A stretch of DNA of 63,936 nucleotides, filler included, from Octopus bimaculoides (taxonomy: Eukaryota), in assembly GCF_001194135.2 (NCBI RefSeq). It is 6 parts of 6 records of this genome, joined end to end, with 100 filler letters (N's around TTAATTAATTAA, not from the genome) between each part and the next. Parts side by side here need not be neighbours in the genome. Positions count along the whole stretch, not along the records: positions 21,140 to 39,118 come from NC_068985.1; 5 more parts are not named here. The stretch is one strand, 5' to 3'. Of this stretch, positions 24,170 through 37,370 are shown in pieces (the first letter of the stretch is position 1; each line of letters starts with the position of its first letter). Under the pieces are notes generated by a model. The model was not told where the DNA came from. It worked only from the letters and a program-made list of their open reading frames with translations, and made no database searches. Both the position numbers and the translations under genes were made by a program.

Positions 24170-24900
24170 TTTAAGAGTTCTACTAAATAATGCCATAAAA
24201 ATGCCAATGTGTGTATATTCAATAAACTGTTACTATTTATAATTACAATGTCATTACAACTATAGTACTTGATAAACGTTATCTTTCTCTGTAGGTTAGT
24301 CACATTAAGGAATGACTTTAACAGGTCTTTGTAATGGCGAAAGATCATTCTCGTGGTCTTTTCCAGGTGGTTATTTCACTAATGAGGACATGACATGGAA
24401 ATCTCACTTCCTTCGCTCTGACCATATGTTCTATCATAGCTGGTATTTCATGATTACTTCTATGCTTCCACTGTTGGCTTCTTTTAGGAAAGCATTACTG
24501 GTTTTGTAGTCTGCCCTTTTGATATTTAAGAAGGCGCAGTTTCTTTTTCTTTTGCTGGTGGAAACGTTCCAGATTTTTCACAGCCGTATGACGACATTGA
24601 AAAAGCATAAGTTTCGTTTTTGGAGTGGTTAGATGTTTGTTCTCTGTAAGTGTTCCCAAATGCTGAATGGGTAGATCTAATTCTGCGTTCCACACCATTT
24701 TACAGAAGTTCATTTATTGGACTGAACACTTTCAAAATAAGGAAAATGATCGACTTGTTCAACAGGTGTATCAGATATGGTGATATTGAAATGAGGGAGG
24801 TTGATCTTTGAAGCAGGTTGAGCGAGGACTTTGGCCTTTTCTATATTCACTGTGAGACTGTCACACATCTGCCGCCAATCTGCTAGAAACTTCAAGCAGC
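24170..24900 (-). mobile_element. RTE-clade (BovB-like) RT/3' remnant
   Basis: LTVNIEKAKVLAQPA..ITISDTPVEQVDHFPYF, ENKHLTTPKTKL, KNLERFHQ and RHYKDLLK. Confidence 0.8.
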
Positions 24901-25524
24901 TCCTGACTAGAAACTTCAAGCAACTCCAAACCTGTTTCTATCTTCTTTGTCCCATCGATGTTGTGATTTTCAAGTAAAATAAGATAAAAACATTGAGGGA
25001 AAATAGCCATTATAATATAGACACAAGGCCTGAAATTTTGGTGGAGTAGATAGTCGAGTGCATTGTCCCCACTTCAAGACCCCCAAAGTACACATATATG
25101 TATTGATATGTGTGTATGTGTGTGTATATATATATGTGTGTGTGTGTAAATATATGTATTTGTGTCTGTGTGTGTGTGCGTGCGCGAGCGCGTACAAATG
25201 TATGTATATATATGTATGTATGTGCGTGCCTTTACGTTTGACATAGTTTCGTGCCTATATCCCGTAACCTTACCACTGCACTAAACATACATTGCTAAAA
25301 TAGGAACCAGACCCAAAAGTAAGAACTGAGGCAGTGGGGGTGGGGATATGAACAGATAAAATTCCTTTATATTTTATACGGGTTGATTCAGAAGTCCTGG
25401 TAACATTTAAATAAGTTAAAATTTTAACTTTTTCATTTATTAGAGATTTTGTTTTTATATATATATATTTTAACACCATCTTAGCTACTTTGTTGTGTAT
25501 ATATTTTGGTGAAATAATCTTTCT

Positions 25525-25910
25525 ACTTTAGGCACAACGCCCGAAATTTTGGTGGGAGCGGGGACAGTCGATTAGATTGAGCCCACTACGCAACTGGTAC
25601 TCAATTTATCGACCCCGAAAGGTAAAGTCGACCTCGGCAGAATTTGAACTCAGAACATTAAGACAGACGAAATACCTATTTCTTTACTGCCCACAAGGGG
25701 CTACACACAGAGGGGACAAACAAGGACAGACAAACGGATTAAGTCGATTATATCGACCCAGTGCGTAACTGGTACTTAATTTATCGACCCCGAAAAGATG
25801 AAAGGCAAAGTCGACCTCGGCGGAATTTGAACTCAGAACGCAGTGGCAGACGAAATACCGTTAAGCATTTCGCCCGGCGTGCAAACCGTTTCTGCCAGCT
25901 CGCCGCCTTA
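25525..25910 (-). mobile_element. tRNA-derived SINE (family 2), tandem dimer
   Basis: Same two-module structure and spacer as 4222-4600. Confidence 0.85.
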
Positions 25911-26738
25911 CACACATGTATATATATATAGAGAGAGAGAGAGAGAGGGAGAAAGCGAGAGAGAGAGATACAGATATGCATACAAGACATAAATACAAAC
26001 ATATATATAGAGTGTAGGAGAGAGCTTAGTGCAAATATGCGTTTGTTAACTATGAATGTGTGTGTGTGTATGTGTGTGTGTGTGTGTGTGTATGTGTGTG
26101 TGTGCGTGTGTGTGTGTGTTTATGTCAGTAGGTCCAGGGTAGAATGCTACCAACAGTCTGTTACAAATAATCGATGCATTGATAAATGGTTCAGCAAGTT
26201 TTTCTCATTTATACGATTGAGCAATACAATGCCTGAGCCACTATAAATATCCATGTTTTCATACAATTGCGAATATTACTACTAAGACTTCAACAGCTGT
26301 ATACCCACTTTTTATTTAACAGCTTTTCGATGGAATTTTGGGGCAGTTACGTGGGGATGCTCGATCACCTAGAAATAGCAGCTAAATTACTATCAAATCA
26401 CATCCCACCGCTGTATATAAAGGACGGGACACGTTACCCACAAAAGACGAGACTACTGTCTAGAATGTCATTCTCTGGAATATTTGACTCGATCGCTGTT
26501 GTCCAGGATCTAAAAGAGAACAACAACAACAACAACCGCCTACTGATCTGGTTTTATGGTTTTCTCTGATCATCTCCTCAATGAGCTTACACGATCGCGC
26601 AAATAAGATATCAGATAGTGAACTCATAGGTCGGAGATTGTTACTTTCTTATCGGTGCAGAGACGACTCAGTAACCTTGACACGTAGATGCTGCACGTAG
26701 AGCTGCAAATTGACAACATAGAGAAAGAACTATTTAAT

Positions 26739-26776
<38 letters not shown>

Positions 26777-26800
26777 GGCGGCGGCGGTGGTGGTGGTGGC

Positions 26801-27099
26801 TTAACCCATTACCTACCAGTGATCTCATAAGAGATCACTTAAAAATTACAAATTTCGTAATTATCTGTCAATATTTACACATATCTAACCTTTTTGCTAT
26901 ATCAACTAGGTATATTTCTCTGATATTCAAGTGAGGTTTGCTAATTTTTCACCCAATATCTCGCTTATTTCTATTTAAAATGTTATTTTGAAATGTTATT
27001 TTGATCATTCCAGCGTGTTTCTAAGGCTGTTTTATGTTAGAAATCAAAGTTTCATAAAAAAAATTCCAGTTGATAGAATTATGGGAGGTAATGGGTTAA
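26801..27099. mobile_element. piggyBac-type MITE
   Basis: TTAA-CCCATTACCTACCA ... TGGGAGGTAATGGG-TTAA: 14-bp TIR with one mismatch and a TTAA TSD. Confidence 0.85.
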
Positions 27100-27149
27100 C
27101 TTTGACTGAGCAAACGGTTATTCAAACACCTACCATTAACCACAATATT

Positions 27150-28300
27150 CGGAAGGAATTTCCATCAAGACACCAATAATCAAAGATGAAATAACTGAAG
27201 AAATATCTAAGGCTCTTTTGAATCAATTGTGGATAAAATAAAGGACATTTCGAAAACTAAACAGCTCTAGTTTGCACCACGTTTTTCGATAATGTAATCT
27301 GTAAAAAAGAAAAAATGATAAAAGAAATAAAATAAAATAAAATGATTGGTTATCAAGTTTCCGAACTTCACGTTCAATCACTTCTGCAGTACACGTTGTC
27401 AATAGTGAAATCTATTGGTATTGATGTGTGTCACCCAATACTACCATTTTGTAGTCCGAACCATAAGCAGAAAAAGCTCTGGTGTTAAGTGAAGTTAGGT
27501 ACTGCTGTCTCATTTGCTCTCTGTCTACTGACACGCTCAATTATTCAACCTAGTAATGGGTGACTGCATAAAAATTGTAAACGATTCAATGAGAATTTAT
27601 GTAATTTATGTAGTTACAGGAAGGAAAAGGTGGTCAGGTGGAGGAGCTGAAAATCTTATCCAATACACGCTGGATCTATCAGTAAGATTCATGTTACGGT
27701 GTACATTGTACACTTCAGTGAATTTCGGATATTCTAACACATTTTAGAGAGAATATCAAGTCATTGGAGACGCAACATGAGGGGAAATCACTCTGTTCTA
27801 CTACAGTCTTCTGATGACAAAAATGCTACAATTTTCTTCACTGATTATGAATGTTAGCGAGCTAATTGATATCCTCTTGCATTAAAGATCTTGATCAAAA
27901 GAAGCTGGATACCCACAAAAGTATGTGGCATGCGATGAAACAGCATGACATTGAGCTTCAAAGGAACGATCAGTTTGTTTGGGAGAAACCAAAATAGCGA
28001 GGAGAATTGCCACGACATTTAGAGCACTCAGTGATTAGTGAGACTGTTGGAAACAAACCGATAAGTAATGGAGAATGCTTTTGTCAATTCTCGGCGTGAA
28101 ACCTTCATTCCTATCTTGGATCAGGTTCGCAGAGTTCTTACGCTACTTTTCAGTAGAAACTTGTTATATAATGAAGACTCTTTCTCATCTCGATTCTCAA
28201 AGTTACTCTTTTCTCAACGTTGAGTATTATAGCAGAGATTTATCGGCTGAACTTGGACGACGCGAAGATACAGAATCACGTATTTTGAACTCACATTTTT
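27150..28300 (+). mobile_element. Tx1/L1-clade RT remnant
   Basis: Decayed frames include LKILIK and WRMLLSILGVKPSFLSWIR, similar to the L1-clade RT segment (L..L...GF...F..WI). Confidence 0.5.
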
Positions 28301-28399
28301 TTTTCTGGTTTTCCCTGACAATGGATATGTAAGAATAAATTTTAAAAAATAATTAAAAGCCGTGTTGTAAACATTATCGAACACATATACTCGTCGGTA

Positions 28400-29160
28400 G
28401 GAATTCAGTTCAGGTACGTGATGCTGATAAGCCACCATAATGGTGAAACATTGATGTCCATCGTTCGTGGATGGGATTTGGGGTGTGTTGAATCGCTTGT
28501 CTATGACTTTCAAGTGTTCTAACACCGAGCGCTTTGATGGAATCATCTCCACCACGCTATTTACAGCCCACCGGCGAACAAGCGGAGCTCCTACATTGAG
28601 TATGCATATTCGGTAATGTTAAAGCTTTGTATAAGTATAGAGAGCAAACATGAAAACGTGAATATCGTTTGTTATTGGATTGTAGGGAATCACTTGACGA
28701 TTTCATTTTCACGAGATACATGTTGGATGAGTCAGCATAACAGAGGCTAACAAGAACATTTGAACTTGCAACCGAAAGTGTTTTAACACCCACTGCTACG
28801 ATGGAGTCATCTCCACAGCTCTATTTCGCAGCCGACAGGCGAACCAGCAAAACACATACATTGAGTTCGATAATGTAAACAACACCAGCGCTGCTTCTAC
28901 TTCATACTTCAATAGGTCTTTAAATAACTTCCTTTCGTGTAACAATAACACGGATTTATCATAATTAACTATGTACAATTTAACAACAGCTGCTCATATA
29001 ATCTATCAGGATGTACATGCTAACAGGATGGTCATATTAATATTCATTTATGTCTTTACAATAATCTGAATGATGAGTGGTTGGCTGTCAAGTTGACTGA
29101 ATATCAAAGAACGAATAGATTGGCGCTGGTTCAAGTCCTGCAGATGCACTGCTTTGAGTA
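28400..29160 (-). mobile_element. Tx1/L1-clade 3' remnant
   Basis: Fragments VFCWF, AVEMTPS..VLKHFRL and LVRRWAVNSVVEM resemble the Tx1 ORF2 C-terminus. Heavily decayed. Confidence 0.4.
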
Positions 29161-29371
29161 CATATTCGAAACGCTTAATTTTAAATGAGTGAACCCTCTG
29201 ATATTTAATTAGTTACTTAGAGGAAGCGATGTACGAATCAATATTACAAATGGCAGCAGTACCGAGGGATTGGTGGCCGGTGTTTGTTTGGCTTACAATT
29301 CCAAGTTCAATATCGCGTATGGGGAAATACACTTGCTGTCTCATATTCATGTGCATTTCTCGACAGAAGCC

Positions 29372-29402
<31 letters not shown>

Positions 29403-29914
29403 GGCTGCTGCTGTTGTTGTTGTTGTTGTTGCTGCTGCTACTGCTGTTGTTGCCATTTTTGTCGCTGTTGATGTTTTTCTTTTTGTTGTAGTTGTTGAGT
29501 GACGCGCTGGACAGGAATATGGTCAAGAGTATTCTGGTCATGGCCATACCATCCTTCTTTCGGGCATTACATATCTAGGACTACACTATACAATGTTTCT
29601 CTCACTCTTGAAGACGATGGGGGTTTAATTACAGAAGATTTGGCTGCATTCGCGTAGATAATACTGCGAGAACCTTATTATTCAAAACGGACTATCCTAA
29701 TATGATAAGACTATCCTAATATGATAAGATTATTATTCAAAACGGACTATCCTAATGTGTTAAGATTTTAACAGGATATTAAGCACTCTAAGAACACATT
29801 TGGGGTCAAAAGAAGTAATAAGTTCACTAGCAGGACTTCAACCACATAATTATCTTTTGCCAACCAGCCATCTTATCCTTTACACTACATTCTTGTTTTC
29901 TCTTCCATCTACAT

Positions 29915-30182
29915 CAGTGGTTCTAAGCCATTTTTTTAATCAATAGACCCCTTCGATTCTAATTTTATACTCTGGTGGACCACCATGACTATTCGCTATT
30001 TAAAAAAAAAAATCCTATTATATTTTCATAAGCAAATATTTTTAGGGATTGTGTTTTAAAAATATTGTTTAAATATTTGGTGTTTTGTAGAAATATAAGC
30101 TTTTTATTGCTAATGACTTTTAACAACAAAATCCTATATGGACCCCGCAAGAATCATATGGACCCCCGGTTGAGAACAACTG
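29915..30182. mobile_element. hAT (Charlie-like) MITE
   Basis: CAGTGGTTCTAAGCC ... GGTTGAGAACAACTG termini. The 8-bp flanks are diverged (atctacat / gttttgat). Confidence 0.7.
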
Positions 30183-30866
30183 GTTTTGATATTAGCAATG
30201 GTTTTTGTTTTCCTACTGCTTAACTTCATTATTCCATCGCCNNNNNNNNNNNNNNNNNNNNNNNNNNNNNNNNNNNNNNNNNNNNNNNNNNNNNNNNNNN
30301 NNNNNNNNNNNNNNNNNNNNNNNNNNNNNNNNNNNNNNNNNNNNNNNNNNNNNNNNNNNNNNNNNNNNNNNNNNNNNNNNNNNNNNNNNNNNNNNNNNNN
30401 NNNNNNNNNNNNNNNNNNNNNNNNNNNNNNNNNNNNNNNNNNNNNNNNNNNNNNNNNNNNNNNNNNNNNNNNNNNNNNNNNNNNNNNNNNNNNNNNNNNN
30501 NNNNNNNNNNNNNNNNNNNNNNNNNNNNNNNNNNNNNNNNNNNNNNNNNNNNNNNNNNNNNNNNNNNNNNNNNNNNNNNNNNNNNNNNNNNNNNNNNNNN
30601 NNNNNNNNNNNNNNNNNNNNNNNNNNNNNNNNNNNNNNNNNNNNNNNNNNNNNNNNNNNNNNNNNNNNNNNNNNNNNNNNNNNNNNNNNNNNNNNNNNNN
30701 NNNNNNNNNNNNNNNNNNNNNNNNNNNNNNNNNNNNNNNNNNNNNNNNNNNNNNNNNNNNNNNNNNNNNNNNNNNNNNNNNNNNNNNNNNNNNNNNNNNN
30801 NNNNNNNNNNNNNNNNNNNNNNNNNNNNNNNNNNNNNNNNNNNNNNNNNNNNNNNNNNNNNNNNNN

Positions 30867-30900
<34 letters not shown>

Positions 30901-31517
30901 CCAAGAAAGAGAGAACAACTTTCAATGGTCAGTGTTCATATTCACTCAATATATTTCAAAGCATCGGAATACTTCACACCAAACATAGGTACACTCATAA
31001 ATACATGACATAATATAAAAATGTATTAATTTATAAATATATAAATACATAAATGTACTTGCGAGGTTGTATGTCCATATATAAAAATCAATATATATAT
31101 GTATATACACTCTGTTCTGTCTTGCCTGCTTGTTTTGTCTCCTCTATACGAACCCGATTTAAGATGTGAATTCAACATTAAAAAAAATTACTCTATGCTT
31201 TCGTTTACTTGATGTGAATAGATGTTAGGTGTTATTTATTTTGTGTTTATATCTTAAATCTCCCCCAGAACTCATATTACTTCAGGAACGTCTGTTTGTC
31301 ATATTTCCCACATTTCTAATCCCTGTGTTTGCAAAGTTTTGTTTTCATTTGTAATTGGACAGTATTTTCGATTCCTCTGTTGGTATGTTTCTCTCCCCAA
31401 ACGTCATCCTCCGTCAATCATTGAATGTTTTTTTTATTTTTCCTACTCCATTTTCAATGTAGCAAATTGCTCGCCCTGTCACTGCAGTGTCATGACTTAC
31501 AATATTGTCATTCATTC

Positions 31518-31587
<70 letters not shown>

Positions 31588-31594
31588 TAATTAC

Positions 31595-32390
31595 CATACT
31601 CAGATTGGATTGTTGGAAAAGAAAAGAATCCTAACATCGGGCTACAACAAGTAGCCTTAGATGCCAAAACCCCTCCTGTTATATTACAGCAAGTAACCTT
31701 AGATGCCAAGAACCCTCTTGTCCCTAATAACACTGTTTTCTGCATCTGTACGAAACTGGGTTTTATGCCTATTTCCTCTCTCCATCTGTTCAGGTCTTTA
31801 GGGATAGCTCCCAATGCACCTATAACTACTGGGATACATTTTACCCGCACTTTCCACAGGCTCTGTAATTCAATAGCTAGGTCCTGGTACTTTGCTATTT
31901 TTTCTATACTTCTCATATTAATGTTTTCATCATTTGGGACTGTAAAGTAACTGTTGCTTTCTACTCTCTGCTCAGTCACTTTAAATATACCCTTCTCTAC
32001 CCGAAGTGTTAACATCTGTTTTCTATGGCCCCTTCAGTTAGGTTAACTTTCTAAATAGCACCGTATCACTATCCTGTTTTCTTCGCTGGTCCACTTCCTC
32101 CTCTTTGCTCTATTATCTGCTGATGCTCTATTAGGATGACATCTGTGGTCAGTCTGCATCTTTACTGATCCATTGCCGAGCGAGAGGCCTTCCCTTAAAG
32201 GTCCAGCTTCATTTTCGCTGCTACAACTAGAGTTCTTCGGAAACACCTGTCTCTCATAAACTGAGGTAAGGTAACGCTCATCACCAATGTCATCACCATT
32301 AGTATTTTTTGACATCTGATCGTTTCAAACAACTTTCTATTGCATCATTTGTTGCACCTCTGTACTGATAGGGTAGTCTGTGCTGCATTT
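31595..32390 (-). mobile_element. R4/Dong-clade non-LTR element, internally deleted (N-terminus fused to restriction-like endonuclease tail)
   Basis: KRRKWTSEENRIVIRCY..RGHRKQM..KGIFKVTEQRV runs directly into TVPNDEN..EKIAKYQDLAIELQSLW..IPVVIGALG..QKTVLLGT. The 3' end abuts (ATT)n at ~31520-31590. Confidence 0.8.
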
Positions 32391-32629
32391 TTTTTTTTTT
32401 TGTGCGGGAGCGGGATATATTGTATTGTATCAATAGGTTTTGTTACGGGTTTTCGTTTGAGTCTTCTGTTGTGTTAGTTTTTATGTTGTGCGTTGTTTGT
32501 GTAGCGCAGGTTGTGTTCTTCTGTCAGATATCGGCCTTCTATGGCACATGTTGTGGGTTTTGTTCATTTTGTTGGTTATTTACAGTATGAATTTATTCTT
32601 GTATGTCTTTGCAGGGGTGTTGCATAGTA

Positions 32630-32664
<35 letters not shown>

Positions 32665-32754
32665 CCAGATATGTATNNNNNNNNNNNNNNNNNNNNNNNN
32701 NNNNNNNNNNNNNNNNNNNNNNNNNNNNNNNNNNNNNNNNNNNNNNNNNNNNNN

Positions 32755-32793
<39 letters not shown>

Positions 32794-32897
32794 CTCTTAA
32801 ATCAACTATTTCATAGTATTTATGATTATCTGTCCGCCGCTCTTTTGCTTGGTTTTGTTATGGGTTCTGTTAATTATTATTATCATCATCATCATCA

Positions 32898-32929
<32 letters not shown>

Positions 32930-33175
32930 GAGTGAGAGAGCAGTGCATGCCATCAAAGTGACACTGAGGTAAAATATACGAAGCCCAGAATACCCATCAT
33001 GACTAGCTGTCTGATAAGGGTACACCAGGTACATGCATCATAGCCATATGTGCGCGACATGGTGATCTCATATCAAGCGCATGACCTCGCAGGTGGGGCC
33101 CAGTTAGAATTTTCTTCAGGTCGAGTAGCCCATCACGCTTAAAAGGTCCCTGAATAAGGTTTGTTCAAGTATGAT
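32930..33175 (-). mobile_element. 3'-terminal repeat ending in (TAA)n, probably R4/Dong-associated
   Basis: Reverse-complement similarity to 57560-57800. Abuts (ATT)n/(ATC)n at 32870-32930. Confidence 0.55.
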
Positions 33176-33421
33176 GAGCGAAATCACTTTCAGTATCATC
33201 TTTCAATTCTGTTTCCTTTTCTTATCGAGTGCCTTCCTAACACCTGGAACAGAGAAACGCACCGTATACATTTGTAGGCCATGAAAATAATCACACCAGA
33301 TTGTTAATTTACAAAGTCATGTCATTGAAAAAAAGGGAAGAAAGACAGGAAGAAAAGGGAAAAAATATAAAATATAAAAGTAAACAAAGAAAATAAATGG
33401 CAAAAAAAAAGGAAAGAAAAT

Positions 33422-33575
33422 TCACAGCGACAATGCTCTTCTCAATACGTGTGACGTAGCAGTAAAGATAAACTCTTGCACTTCCTGCATGGATGATAAT
33501 CCAGGGATCATTCTTACATAATTTTCAGTTCTTTTTCTGATCATTCCAAGTGCTCCTATAATCACTGGTATTATT
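33422..33575 (-). mobile_element. R4/Dong-type RLE tail fragment
   Basis: IPVIIGALGMIRK..ENY...IPG..MQEVQ..TATSHVLRRAL*. Confidence 0.75.
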
Positions 33576-33802
33576 ATTGTTGTTGTTGTTATTATTGTAT
33601 ACTCGTCATTGTTCAACGTCCTATTTGTCCCTTGTATTGTATTGTCCCTATATGGCTTGTGTTCAGCCCTTGTGACCAATGAAGAAATTATTATTATTAT
33701 TAAATTCAAATTACGACAAACGTAAATAAACAAACGAAGTTTGCTTTTAGAAGCGTTGAGATGTCTTAGAAAGTTAAAGAAGTGATTTTAAATTCTCAAT
33801 CG

Positions 33803-33854
<52 letters not shown>

Positions 33855-34416
33855 GTTATTATTATTATTTGCATTTCATTTTATGTTCCTGTTTAAGATG
33901 TAAATATAATATGGAAATTTCTAGTAACTGCAAGTGGCTCTTAGCAGCTGGTACTTAGCTCCGGTTTCAGGGCGACAAGTAGATGAGATAAATCTCCTTT
34001 GGAACAATGAAGTTCGTGAGTTTGATCTAAGTTAGAAAGCTGTGATGAAAATCGGACACTGTAGTATCAAGAAGGCCGATCTAACACATTAAGTAGAGGA
34101 CAGGATACAAAAAAATGTACAATGATTGACACAGATAATGTTTACGAGGAAAAAAGAACACACCAACGAAGGAATCCAAAAGAGTGTTTACTTACAAGTA
34201 TACTCTTCTCCACCCACGACACACTTATCTGAACACGTAAACTTCTTAGTATTTTATGTCAGAATAAACCATCATCACTTTCCTTGGGACAAAATGCTTA
34301 GCGGTAGTTCTTCCGGTTCCTTACATTCTGAGCTCAAATCCTGCCAAAGTCAATTTTGCCTTTCATCATTTTGTCAGAATTTTTGTGGTTGATAAAACAA
34401 GTAACAGTTGAATACC

Positions 34417-34680
34417 GGGGTCGATGTGATCGACTTCTCCCTAAAAATGTGGATTTTGTACCAAAATTTGAGACCATCGAACACTGGGGTCGATGTGATC
34501 GATTTCTCCCTAAAAATGTCGATTTTGTACCAAAATTTGAGACCATCGAACACTGAGGTTGATGTGATCGACTTCTTCCTAAAAATGTCGATTTTGTACC
34601 AAGATTTGAAACCATCGATTACTGGGGTCGATGTAATCGACTTCTCCCTAAAAATGCTTTGTACCAAAATTTGAAACCGG
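34417..34680. repeat. 69-bp minisatellite, about 4 units, SINE-tail derived
   Basis: Units start at 34417, 34486, 34555 and 34624. The unit contains GGGGTCGATGTGATCGAC and GTACCAAAATTTGA from the family 2 SINE tail. Confidence 0.9.
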
Positions 34681-35089
34681 TGAAGGCAGCGAGCTGGTAT
34701 AATCGTTATCACGCTGGACAAAATGTTTAGCTGCATTTCTTTCGTTTTTTTCGTTCTAAGGTCAACCACCGAAATCAATTTTGTCTTTCATTCTTTCGGG
34801 GTTCATAAAATAAGTAGTAGTTCAGGAACGGGATCGATGTAATCACCTAGGCACCTCTCTCAAAACTTCAGTGGTTATGCCTATAGTAGAAAGGGTTATT
34901 AGGAGTGGCGGATTGGCAGATTCGTTGTTGCATTTCTACCTGCTCTTTTCGTTCTGAGTTCAAATTCCGCCGAGATCGATTTTGTCTTTCAAATAAGTAC
35001 CAGTCTTTCCAAATAAGTACCAGTTGAGCACTTGGGTCAATGTAAGACTGCTCTCTTCCTGGTACACATAGTGAAAAAAAATTATAAAG

Positions 35090-35600
35090 GCGACGAGCTG
35101 GTAGAATTGTCAGTACTCCTAGAAAATGCTTAACGGCATTCCGCCCGTCTTTACGTTTTACGTTCAAATTCCGCCGAGGTTGACTTTGCCTTTCATCCTT
35201 TCGGGGTCGATAAAATAAGTACCAGTTTAACATGGGGTTGAAGTAGTCCACTAGCCCCTCCCACCATAATTTCATGCTTTGTGCCTATAGTAGAAAGGAT
35301 TATTATTATTATTATTATTATTGTTATTTGGCAGAATCGTCGGAGCGTCGGAAAAATGCTTTGCTGTATTTCTTATTTCTCTATTGCCCACAAGGGGCTA
35401 AACACAGAGGGGATAAACAAGGAGAGACAAGCGGATTAAGTCGATTGTATCGACCCTAGTGCGTAACTGGTACTTAATTTATCGACCCCGAAAGGATGAA
35501 AGGCAAAGTCGACCTCGGCGGAATTTGAACTCAAAACGTAGAGGCAGACGAAATACCGCTAAGCATTTCGCCCGGCTCGCTAACGTTTCTGCCAGCTCGC
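35090..35600. mobile_element. cluster of family 2 SINE copies in both orientations
   Basis: Plus copy at 35090-35260 and minus copy at 35370-35600 share the core motifs. Confidence 0.75.
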
Positions 35601-36009
35601 TTTGCTGTATTTCTTTTGACTCTTTACGTTCTGAGATCAGAGTCCATCAAGGTCAATTTCCCTTTTATTATTCCGGGGTCAATAGAACATAGTATCATAC
35701 AATTACCCCTGGGTTGATGGTGTTGACTATTGCTCTTCGCCTCAAAACATAGCCTTGACTCACTGATTGGAGAACGCCTGCTGTAAATCATGCATTCAAC
35801 CCTTGCAGTTTTAATCGCTGAGCATTTCTGCTTCTCCTCATTGCAATTTCGAATCGTATCGTTTTCAAAGCTGTGTCTCGATATCTCTCGTCCAGTTGTC
35901 TGTGCTCAGTGAAATAGAGGGTTTGCTGACCCTTTACTGGACTTCCGAGACAGATGGGAAGACAGAAAGAAGGAACGTGTCCTCAAATCAGTACAGACGT
36001 AGTAATAAT

Positions 36010-36500
36010 AGGCTCAGGCGTAGCTGTGAGGTTAAAAAGCTTGATTCCCAACCATAAGGTATTGATTTCAGTCTCAATAGCAGCCTTTTGGGCAAGTATC
36101 TTCTAATATAACCCCGAGCCGACCAAAGCTTTGTGAATAGATTTTGCAGACGGAAACTGAAAGAAGCTCCTCGTATATGTACGTGTGGCTGTACACACAC
36201 ACACACACACACACGCACATACATATATGCGTGTGTGTGTATGTGTGGGTATTTCTGTATGTATTAATGTACATATGCATGTGTTTTCCTGTTTGTGTTT
36301 GTTCTCTTCACAGCTTGACAACTATTGTTGGTTAGTTTACGTCCCTGACGGTTTGGAAAAAAAAAAGGACCTATAGAAGTTCCTGACTTACAAAAAAAAA
36401 GTATTGGAGTCGATTATTGCGACTAAACCCTTGAAGGTGGTGTCCTAGCATGGCCGCACTCCAATGACTGAACGAAGTAAAGGACAAAAGATAAAAGAAA
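36010..36500 (+). mobile_element. composite SINE (family 3)
   Basis: Head, (CA)n middle and tail as at 4700-5140. Further heads at 38325-38490 and 44630-44775 (minus); a tail at 63490-63670. Confidence 0.75.
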
Positions 36501-37370
36501 GATAAATGCTTGCCAAAGGCATCCAAGAGCCAGGCGGCGATGGTGTTAAACTGGGCGACGCATTACGTCTACCATTCATAGTGTTGGGTCTGTTGCTGAG
36601 TTAATCTAATGGCGACAGTGGATGTATTCCATTATCTTTCGTTGTACGTTTTTTTTTCTTCTTACGGTTGCCACAATGCTGGTTTCCCTTGTAATTTACT
36701 TATGAATAAACATACACATGCAAACAGAAACACGTTGGTATGCGCACACATTTACAGATAAAATATTTGTTCATCCTATTTTCTTCGTCGAAAACAGTTT
36801 CATTCTATTTCTTTACCCCATCTCTCTCACTCACGTACTCTCTCTCTCTCCCCCCCTCTTTCTCTCTCTACCTCATCAAATATTTCTGTTTCTTCTCTTT
36901 CACCTATTGACCAACACACTCATAAACTCAGTCTTGTTATCTCTTTCCCACTCTGTTTCTATCTGTCTGTCTATCTATTTATCTATCTATATATATATAT
37001 CTATATATATATATATATNNNNNNNNNNNNNNNNNNNNNNNNNNNNNNNNNNNNNNNNNNNNNNNNNNNNNNNNNNNNNNNNNNNNNNNNNNNNNNNNNN
37101 NNNNNNNNNNNNNNNNNNNNNNNNNNNNNNNNNNNNNNNNNNNNNNNNNNNNNNNNNNNNNNNNNNNNNNNNNNNNNNNNNNNNNNNNNNNNNNNNNNNN
37201 NNNNNNNNNNNNNNNNNNNNNNNNNNNNNNNNNNNNNNNNNNNNNNNNNNNNNNNNNNNNNNNNNNNNNNNNNNNNNNNNNNNNNNNNNNNNNNNNNNNN
37301 NNNNNNNNNNNNNNNNNNNNNNNNNNNNNNNNNNNNNNNNNNNNNNNNNNNNNNNNNNNNNNNNNNNNNN

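Noticed and set aside
27150-29160. Twin-primed inversion of one Tx1 element
   Set aside because: The pieces meet tail-to-tail, whereas twin priming gives a head-to-head junction.
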